Shown here: positions 1-8,946 of the stretch, in pieces
How the letters are laid out: each line of letters starts with the position of its first letter
Numbering within the stretch: position 1 is the stretch's first letter
Origin: Ophelia neglecta
Taxonomy: Eukaryota
Length of the DNA: 64,000 bases
Direction: 5' to 3'
NCBI GenBank assembly: GCA_965285935.1
Contig: OZ260663.1
Coordinates: 111,538,001-111,602,000 of the forward strand
Notes under the pieces: model-generated
The model's database searches: none
Seen by the model: the letters and a program-made list of their open reading frames with translations, nothing else
What the model was told of the DNA's origin: nothing
Made by a program: the position numbers and the translations under genes

Positions 1-3000
1 AAAAAACGTGTTCACCCGGAGGCGGCATGTTCTTTGTGAGCATATGGGTGTGGCACATTAGTTGAAGCTCCTCAGATATCGGGACACAGGCCGATTGTAA
101 CTATACAGGCTCGGGAAACTTGATAATCGCTATTACCGTATCCGGCCGCTTTCACTGAGGAAGCCAGTTGATATTAACCTAAACGAAAATTTCACCCGCA
201 GAGTCAAAGAATGTAGATTGCGAGCATAGAATGCTGTTTCGGCATATTAGAGAAAAACATTACAATCAGAAACGATGAATCGATATTGATGTGGATCCGG
301 TAAAAGAACGCGCTCAAGTGTAAGCAGATTGAACCTCCATGCTACGCTAGACCAAGTCATAAAGGCGGTGATACAAAAAGCAAAATAGACATTGGCACTG
401 CTATTCTTCTCATGGTGTATTGGATTTGGCCTTCAGTAAAGCGAAAAAATTGTGGTCAATCATGTTTCGTTCCCAAAACTCCTTATTTTATAGATATATA
501 ATAGCAATGTAAAATATGTGCATTCAAAGTATCCATGGAGGAGAAACACGACGGGAGACTGTTTATGCATTCAATGTCTGGTCTGTTCAATCTCGAAAAA
601 GCTACCTGCTGAAGCCCAGTTGGCCATGATATTTTTGGGCTCATGTTTCTTCGTCCTAAGGTGTTTCACATGAGACGTTCGGCCTGTAATGGACAATCTG
701 TGATTTGAAAATGCCATCTATTTGTACCTAGCGCAAATTTCAATGCTTCATATAACAATGATTGTAAAAGTTGTGTGCTTTTATTGAAGCTTCAGAAATA
801 CTTCATCGGTACATTTTGCAAGTGACGGACCATTAAATATAAACCGGGGGCTTTATAGTTCGTTCATATTAATATGCATACAGCATGCATTTTGATTGTT
901 ATAACGTGACCATGCCAGAGAATTTCGGCAGCATACTGGACCTTAGAATGACTGACATTAACAATTGACCTAGCATAGGCACTAGAGGGAGTCGGGATTT
1001 CGTGGATGCTGTAGCATTATACACATCATATGATGTGAGCTGGAATTTTCCTAAAAGCGCGGTGCAAGTCGGGAAGGTTAATTGATCCTAATTGACAAAG
1101 TCGGTTTAGGCGACAAATGCTTTCCGGCTGCGCTATCGATAACACATTCAGGCGTTATTAATTAATACTCCGAACAATCTGCTTTCCGTTTGTTTGAACC
1201 ATAACGCCATTACTGGTCTCAAGTTTCACAGCTTTATCCCAAAAATCAATAGCAGCGTGTAAAGTCGATTGAACTGAGTATGGTAGTTTGCCTGTATTAT
1301 GTGCATATTGGTATTTTCAAGCAAGAAAGGGGGTAACTGGTAAACACGACAGATTCATTTCATTTATCTACATGCACTGTATGTTTCCCGGGTTTTAATG
1401 AGGTGTGTAGTTACAGCATTGTGATAATTGTCCTTCGCTTGATCTAGTTATTTTTACAGATTTGGAAAATAAACCTCCGGAATCTGTAGATAAAACTCCC
1501 AGTCTTCGACGATTGTAAATAAAATGATTGATTTATGGCACTCGGTGGCTAATGTCGAACTAACACAATTCCTTCAGGTTCTCGAGTTGGGTTGGAGTAA
1601 TCCTATAATGTAGGTTATGAGTAATTCCTTTTAGCACTGTATTGTTCCTTGCATATAAGTATACTATTATGCATCACCTTACACGGCGGACACATTGACC
1701 CATGCCTGACCTTTTAGTTTATGGAGTTTTAATATATGATGCCATGGACTTATCGCATTGAAAACAAACAATCAATACTAGGCATGAAGACAGCGGCAGT
1801 GACCTTTCAACGGAGATAGGCCTTTTGTTAAACACGTATCGGGCACGTCCCAAAGGAGCTATGATGACGTCAAGAGTACCCATTCTAAGACGCTTGTCAT
1901 TAGAACAGCCTGTCTACTGGCCAGTGGTTATCATTGGCAAGTAGGCCTTCAAATCATCTGAGACGCCCCTATTGGCTACACATTGATCATCCGGCGAAAA
2001 CACAGTATATAGGCCAGCTAGTCCCAATACAGATTCGTGTCAGACCATATAACCTGTAGAAGAGAATCCGGGTGCACAGTTTGAGTAGCAAGGGTCTGTT
2101 GGAAAACCAAATATGCCATTTTTAAAGTTGTGTTTGCAGCTCAGGCCAGTTGCGCTGCACACAAAGTATCGTTTCTAGGCATTGTTCCTTGTAGCTTCGG
2201 TTAAGTCTGGATAACTCACAGTTATACAGAGGATAGGTTAAGCGCACCTCATTTAATATATAGTGATTATTCCTGAGTCATAAAGAGCTTATTTAACATT
2301 GATGCATAAACTGCCAATGCCCAATAGTTGTACATGTAGCATGATAATCGATGGACGCATATATAGTTGCAAGGCACAAGTCTACAATGGAACGTGATAC
2401 TTCACAGGGCAGTAGAAGTTAGTGGCGCAATCACTTCTGTAAGTCTCACTCGAACGACAGAATGAAATTATTTGATCACTTTTTGATATTTTTCTGAAAC
2501 AAGCCATTCATTGGAAGAGAAGCTCATTGTGTTTTTGTCATCTTTACGTCTCGGTTCATGACTCAAGCACATGGGTATGGGTACTGGTACCTGCCCATCA
2601 ACTTCCATGGACAAAGAGGAAAGACTGTATATCAGATGGGCATGGCCAGCATGGCAAAACCTTGTCGCCATAAGCCTGCTTCATGAGGCCAGACCGTGTA
2701 AGCTCATCCCGTGCCTGGCTGGCGTCGATTTATCCCTGTGGTTAGAAATATGACATTACTCTAGTCTTCTCAGAAAGTGTTTTGTAGAGCCGCCTGGCCA
2801 CTTCCTGCCACGTAGCTGTCTATCTCGTACATGGCTTTTGCCTAAATCCACTAAGCGGGAGTATCTGATACGAATCCGTTTCCCTTGGGATAATTGACAA
2901 ACCATTAGTCTACCTCGCTAATTTGTTTCCGATGGTCCTTCTAGACCATTAGACTGGCGTTTGTGACAAGAATATCCCCATAGCGCTTTGTCTAAGGAGA

Positions 3001-4734
3001 GCTTCACCACCTAATAACGATAGGATATTGTGCATTCGAACAATTGAAACCATTGGTTGCCTAAACTGCATACGTTTGCTCGAATAGGTAATGTGTTCGG
3101 TGTCGGGTAAGATAATAACGGAAAATATACCTTACCAGTCTACAAAGCTACAAAACAAGCAGATGTTGTGGGAACCGTAATAAGCTAGACTTGGTTTATG
3201 CTTCACATAATGAGCAATACAACGTCCATGGTACAAGAGACACACATTAAGTAGTTTTCAATTTCATAAGCACCATCTACGGGAGGCCCACAAGACATCA
3301 GTATCTGTTCACGAAATACATGCAAGTTTACAATTAGATGAGAACGAATATATAACTGATTTCAGTCACAATATTCTGGTTTCGTGGCGTAATCAGGCTT
3401 CATAAAAACTATCAGTACGTGATCATAGCAGGACGGGGTTGGCATGTACCGTGGTTGTGTGGCTTTCCTCTCTCTTTAAAACTAGGGACCAGAGTTGAAA
3501 ATATGTGAACAACCGATAAAAGAAGAAAAAAAGTCCTTTTTGATTTGTTTTACATGTCTATTTACTGGTTGGGAGCTGGTGATTGTTGTATGTGGATATG
3601 TGGCTGGTGCTTCATCGATTGCCGACTAATTCAATGGACTTTTCCTGATTGTTGCCTTTGTTATGTTTATCGGGTATCGAGTAAACACATGTTTGCATCT
3701 CACCGTTTTATATCAGAAAGACCCAGTTCAACATTGTCTCAACATAGCAAACAACAAACGGGAGTTGATACCCTGCAGACAAATGCTGAATCGTTAATCA
3801 AAAATAGTCTATTTAATTGATTTCTATTTAATATTGCCCCAAGCCCAGCCCAGCCCCACCCACCCCTCACCCCCAACCGCCACCAAATCCCACACCCCAT
3901 TTCCGAAGTAAGGTATCTGTCCCCTTAGCACGCCACCTAGTCATGTTCCTCACCATACACACCAAAGCTGATTTAAATACACGTATTAGAATGCCCATAG
4001 CTTCGTTCTGGAGCCATGTTCCGTCCCCCGCTAGACTGATTTTTGGACAATAATGAAATAGCTTGCTTTTTCCGGCATGCCATCCATGCAGTCGATGATA
4101 TAACTGGTAAGTATATTCCGTTAATCTAGCTTTTTACTGCAAAAAGACTGAAATGATTGGCCATTGGTGAATCGCTCGGGTTTGAACGAATATGAATCGC
4201 CCCGCCAGTCCCATTGCTGCCTTATCTTGGTATAACGTTAACATTTTCTAAATTTCAGCATTCATGGTAATTATAGAGTTATAAAATGTCCGCGCCTTTA
4301 AAGACTGTACCGTGTGCGTCTATTTCATACTGATAACCATTTGTTCGTTACCGGTACATATGTACAATGACAATACAATTTGGACTGGTTGTTTTCGCCC
4401 AATTACCCCGATTGAATTCACTTGAATAACCATCCCTATAACTTTGCAGAAACTAATTAACATTTTCATTTAGCCATTTTTGCTTCAGCAAGCGAATTAC
4501 AAAACTTCATTCAGTAATAATACCCTTAGCATTCCCGACTATAAAACAAAGAGCTGATACCCTGCAAACACTTGCCCTAGCCCTTTACAACAGCTTTAGC
4601 TTAATGACATATTTACATGATCTAACCCTTAACCCAAGCCTCCTGAACTTCCAACCTCTTACTACTGTTCTTTGGTTGTTGTTTTATAAGCTCACAAATC
4701 ACGATAATAAGCAGTAAAACAAGGTATCAATGGA

Positions 4735-5173
4735 TGTTGTTGTTTGGGCTTTTTACGTGGCTTTCAACACTTATCGGTCATATCGCCACAGTGCCTACTT
4801 GTGACAGTGGGCTCAATGCCTTTTTTAGAGTGCTGCCTCACTGGAGTACCTGTCGTAGACACCAGACAGGGAACCCCACCCAGTCACATTATACTGACAC
4901 CGGGTCACTGGAGTACCTGCCGTAGACACCAGACAGGGAAACCCTCCCAGTCACATTATACTGACACCCGGTCACTGGAGTACCTGCCGGAAACACCAGA
5001 CAGGGAACCCCACCCAGTCACATTATAGTGACACCGGGTCACTGGAGTACCTGCCGTAGACACCAGACAGGGAACTTCACCCAGTCACATTATACTGACA
5101 CCGGGTCACTAGAGTACCTGCCGTAGACACCAGACAGGGAACCCCACCCAGTCACATTATACTGACACCGGGT
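4735..5173 (-). mobile_element. 5'-truncated SINE copy (same family as 5970-6298) with internal 5 x 67-bp tandem array
   Basis: 4735-4905 is the reverse complement of 6126-6297, including the tail GTTGTTGTTTGGG..TTTTACGTGGCTTTCAACACTTATCGGTCATATCGCCACAGTGCCTACTTGTGACAG. The tRNA head is missing. Confidence 0.9.
4839..5173. repeat. Tandem array, 67-bp unit x5, SINE-derived
   Basis: Unit CACTGGAGTACCTGCCGTAGACACCAGACAGGGAACCCCACCCAGTCACATTATACTGACACCGGGT starts at 4839, 4906, 4973, 5040 and 5107. Confidence 0.97.
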
Positions 5174-5969
5174 AGATATAGAATCTCAGTGCCACTCATT
5201 ACATCCTGGCATGTCTCGGCAGACGATGCAATATAAGTTTGCCCCCGGTTTCCACTGTCTTTATTGGACCTCCATTTCTATTTCCAGATAGGAATAGTAA
5301 TTGTTTGAACAACATGAACTATTCGAAAATAAATGCCTCAAATTGAGCGCAGCATGGAATCTCTGAACAACGCATATGTTCCAAAGATTGTTTGAGACAC
5401 AAAACCCATGCGATTGGCAGATGTGCCCCATGATATCAGTAAACGATATTTTAGATTTGTATCTTGGAAAAAACGGCCCTCAGATAATAATCATTTGCAA
5501 GAATATCCGTCTTACTTATTTCATGTTAATAAAAAAAAATCCTAGATTCGGTTTAAGAGAGTTACCAAGGGAACCATTGGCAGCATAAAGTCCATTGAAA
5601 CTTATTGGATAGTCTTATAAATATAGATGCACCAAAATTTGAAGGCTGGCGGAGAAACGTTTATGTTAATTTTGCTTATTTTTGATTAGCATGGAAAGGG
5701 GCCTACTAAACAGGTAGCTTGGCTCCACTTTACCAACGGGGTTTCATACAAGTTTAGCATATCTACAACTGCACTTGGTAATAACAAGGAATAATTCATG
5801 AATCCGACAATTGAATGCCGATGCGTGTCTATGATTTTTCGATACCCTCATCCATATCTATTTATCAGTCTATATAATAGATAGAAACGTTTGAAGGCCG
5901 AGTTAGTTTTTAACGCAAAAATATAAATGAATAATTCACAGTTGTTACATTACATTGTTACATTAAACG

Positions 5970-6298
5970 CCCACCGAAGCGTGGCCGAGTGGTTAGGGTG
6001 TCCGCCTCGCAAGTGGGAGATCGGGGTTCGCTTCTCGATCGCGGCATACCTAAGACGTAAAAATAGGTACAGATAGCTCCCCTGCCAGGCGCCCGGTATT
6101 TCGGGGGTAGTCTCAGGACAAGTCAACCCGGTGTCATTATAATGTGACGGGGAGGGGTTCCCTGTCTGGTGTCTACGGCAGTTACTCCAGTGAGACAGCA
6201 CTCTAAAGAGGGCATTGAGCCCACTGTCACAAGTAGGCACTGTGGCGATATGACCGATAAGTGTTGAAAGCCACGTAAAACCCCAAACAACAACAACA
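5970..6298 (+). mobile_element. Full-length tRNA-derived SINE, MetaSINE-like central domain, (AAC)n tail
   Basis: Pol III A box TGGCCGAGTGG at 5982-5992. B-box-like GGTTCGCTTCT at 6025-6035 inside a GATCG..CGATC stem. The head is followed by CATACCTAAGACGTAAAAATAGGTAC...CCTGCCAGGCGCCCGGTATT, resembling the Meta domain. The 3' end is GTTGAAAGCCACGTAAAACCCCAAACAACAACAAC. Possible decayed TSD ACATTAAACG (5960-5969) / ACAGTACACG (6296-6305). Confidence 0.88.
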
Positions 6299-6461
6299 GT
6301 ACACGTAAAAACAGGCGGTCAGTGGTGATCCTCTTGAAATGGCGGCTAGCCACTAGCGGAACTTTGTTCTCATGCATGAATCATGCACAGTAACTGATAT
6401 GAGTCGGTGTACCTTTTGTACCCCACTATACTGTCAGCATGCATTCTGACAATAGGAGACA

Positions 6462-6562
6462 ATTAAAAGACGCCACATATTAATCAGCTAGGTGAGTGTG
6501 TGTCTATGGGTGTCTATTAAAAGACGCCACATATTAATCAACTAGGTGAGTGTGTGTCTATG
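6462..6562. repeat. Tandem duplication, period 54 bp
   Basis: ATTAAAAGACGCCACATATTAATCA(G/A)CTAGGTGAGTGTGTGTCTATG at 6462 and 6516. Confidence 0.9.
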
Positions 6563-6644
6563 TGACCTGCATTGTAATGCTTTCCATCATAATTCGTTAT
6601 TAATGTTTGTCAGAGCACACCCCAAAAGGCTCACGTCCTGCACC

Positions 6645-7179
6645 TTACGTCTGTAGAGCCAATCCCACACACAAGCGTAGGCCTTTTGACCGACTAATTA
6701 CTCAAACACGATCGTAAGTCTGTAGACCGAACCCGTATTCCTCCGAGAGACCGTAGGTCTGAAGACCAACACCATAAACTCGCCTGTAGGCCTCCGAGAG
6801 ACCGTAGGTCTGAAGACCAACACCTTACTCTCGCCCGACCGGAAGTCTAAAGACCGAAACCTTATCAATACCATACCGTAGGCCTGTAGACCGACACAAT
6901 ATCCCTACTCGACCCTAGGTACACCGCGGTTTCTCCCCAAATGCCTGTAAGTCTGCAGAACGACACCTTACTCTCGCACGACCGACTGATACCTTTTCAG
7001 TACCAGACCGTAGGCCTGTAGACCGACACAATGTCCCCACACGACCCTAGGTAGACCTACAGCTTCTCCCTAAATGCCTGTAAGTCTGTAGAACGACACC
7101 TTATCTCCTGGCGACCTTTTGTCTGTTGACCGACAGCTTAACCCAACAAGATCGTGTGTCTGTTGAACGATCCCTTGTG
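6645..7179. repeat. Degenerate ~37-bp minisatellite (left part, interrupted by the LINE)
   Basis: Recurring core CGTAGG(T/C)CTGTAGACCGACACC. Higher-order duplication 6876-6975 vs 7008-7105. The array resumes at 11871-12010. Confidence 0.8.
7140..7179. repeat. Left target-site duplication (40 bp) of the LINE
   Basis: AACCCAACAAGATCGTGTGTCTGTTGAACGATCCCTTGTG, identical to 11868-11907. Confidence 0.9.
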
Positions 7180-7196
7180 AACACAGAAAGTCAAAA

Positions 7197-8171
7197 GTGG
7201 ATCTTTCGGATGGTGAAGGGGATGTGGATGACATGGCATTTACAACGGATGATGAGGATTTTGATACGAGAGACTTATGCAAACAGCTAATGTCCCAAAA
7301 TAAACAACTGCATATGCATATCATAAATTTAATAAAGGAAAATAACTCCCTTAGAGAAGAGAACAGAAAATGTCATACAAGCTTTGATAAGTTAGAAATT
7401 GAAATTAAACAGTTGAGAACAGCAAGAGACAAGGACAATGATGAACGAGACAATGAGCAAAAAACGATTGGAGAGATGAAAAAGGATTTCGATAGAATGA
7501 ATGATTCAATCAATGCCATTCTATACATGATGTATGCTCCCAAGGGACAAAAACCAGTCGGGGTACAAAACGAGTTGGGACAGTGGGAAAAACCAACCTT
7601 AGCGGAGGTCGTTAAAATAGACGAACCTCTGCAAACACAATTAGCACCAAGCCAGAGGAGCATAAAAGATCCGAGTGCCAGCCAAACTGTTCAAAACACC
7701 AGAAACCCAGAAACAGTGTTCCAGTTGATGTCAACCTTGAACAACAATGGTCAAAATGTCAGTGATCCCGAGTACAATTCAACCTCCAGGGACACCAGCG
7801 TGGACCGGGAGGATGATGCACAAAACGTAGGCACTGAAATCGTACAAACTGACCAAAACAGACCAACGTCTGGTGCTGACCATGACAAGGACACCCTTGA
7901 AGGCTTCCAGGTGGTTATGAGAAGGCCACGCTCTCGTGCCTTTTATATAGGGAGTGTCCGAATCAAAGGGTCCAATGAGCATACAGCAGAACTGTTGAAT
8001 AAATATTTAGTAGATAACCAAGTGAAGGTCACCCATTGCATAATTCTAAAAAGGTCTGGTTCCTACCTGTCGTTTAAACTGAATGTAGATAGTGAAGATG
8101 CTGAGAAAGTATCTGATACATACTTCTGGCCCACCGGAGTCCACGTTCGTCCCTGGGACTACAGACCCTAA
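7197..8171 (+). CDS. LINE ORF1 protein (coiled coil plus C-terminal RRM-like domain); true start uncertain
   Basis: 324-aa ORF with a heptad-rich N-terminal half (LIKENNSLREEN...LEIEIKQLR) and C-terminal SFKLNV...FWPTGVHVRPW, typical of LINE ORF1. The frame is open back to the element boundary; the first ATG is at 7233. Confidence 0.85.
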   Translation: MDLSDGEGDVDDMAFTTDDEDFDTRDLCKQLMSQNKQLHMHIINLIKENNSLREENRKCHTSFDKLEIEIKQLRTARDKDNDERDNEQKTIGEMKKDFDRMNDSINAILYMMYAPKGQKPVGVQNELGQWEKPTLAEVVKIDEPLQTQLAPSQRSIKDPSASQTVQNTRNPETVFQLMSTLNNNGQNVSDPEYNSTSRDTSVDREDDAQNVGTEIVQTDQNRPTSGADHDKDTLEGFQVVMRRPRSRAFYIGSVRIKGSNEHTAELLNKYLVDNQVKVTHCIILKRSGSYLSFKLNVDSEDAEKVSDTYFWPTGVHVRPWDYRP

Positions 8172-8180
8172 TACTAGATT

Positions 8181-8942
8181 ATGGAGCCACGTTCGTTACC
8201 AGTGCAAAACTCTCTTAAACTCAGCGCATTTAATTGTCAAGGTCTGTTAAGGACAATAAATTATGTTGAAAACTTTTTAAATGAATATGTTCCGGATATC
8301 CTATTTTTGTCAGAGCACTGGTTACGCGGCAGCCTGCTGCCCGCATTAGGACAAGTTCATGGTAGATACTGTGCAAGGGGTAAGTCAGATCCAAGGAGTG
8401 ATATCCTTGATCCCAGCCACCCTGGAAAAAGGTATATGGGTGGGACAGCATTTCTCTGGAAAACTGAATTGGACAAATATATAAAGCATGTTCCTCATGA
8501 AAACCCTGGAATACAGATTCTTAAAGTGTCAGCACCCATGGAAATTGTCGTGATAGGTGTTTATATGCCATCGGTGGATAAGGGAGTTTCTGCGTTTGAA
8601 GAAGTGCTGAGAGACGTAGAAGCGGCCTACGATACATTTAGCCATGCTACAGAAACTGTTATACTTGGCGACCTCAATTGCACATTATTTGGCCCGAGAC
8701 TCCCAAAACCTCCAATGGAATATTATGCGACCTCTAAAAGAAGAACTCTGTTAACATCTTCCTTGAGTGTTCGTGGATTGACCTCGTGGATGGTGGAGCT
8801 GTGCTGTGATGGCCCAGCGTTCACTCGAGAGCCGTATCAGTATGGCCCACAGACCCTTATAGACCACATTATAGCTAGAAGAAGATTAAAAGATCTTATT
8901 TGCTATTGTAAAGTTGTGGACGACCACCACCTGAACACCTGA
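8181..8942 (+). CDS. LINE ORF2 N-terminal part: APE-type endonuclease (ends at a frameshift)
   Basis: Motifs FNCQGL, DILFLSEHWL, GGTAFLWK, IGVYMPS, ILGDLN and LIDHII. The final catalytic (S)DHLPV motif continues in the +1 frame from 8941. Confidence 0.92.
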   Translation: MEPRSLPVQNSLKLSAFNCQGLLRTINYVENFLNEYVPDILFLSEHWLRGSLLPALGQVHGRYCARGKSDPRSDILDPSHPGKRYMGGTAFLWKTELDKYIKHVPHENPGIQILKVSAPMEIVVIGVYMPSVDKGVSAFEEVLRDVEAAYDTFSHATETVILGDLNCTLFGPRLPKPPMEYYATSKRRTLLTSSLSVRGLTSWMVELCCDGPAFTREPYQYGPQTLIDHIIARRRLKDLICYCKVVDDHHLNT

Positions 8943-8946
8943 TCAT

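Noticed and set aside
5970-6045. tRNA gene
   Set aside because: Has A/B boxes but no complete acceptor stem and runs straight into a SINE body; it is a SINE head.
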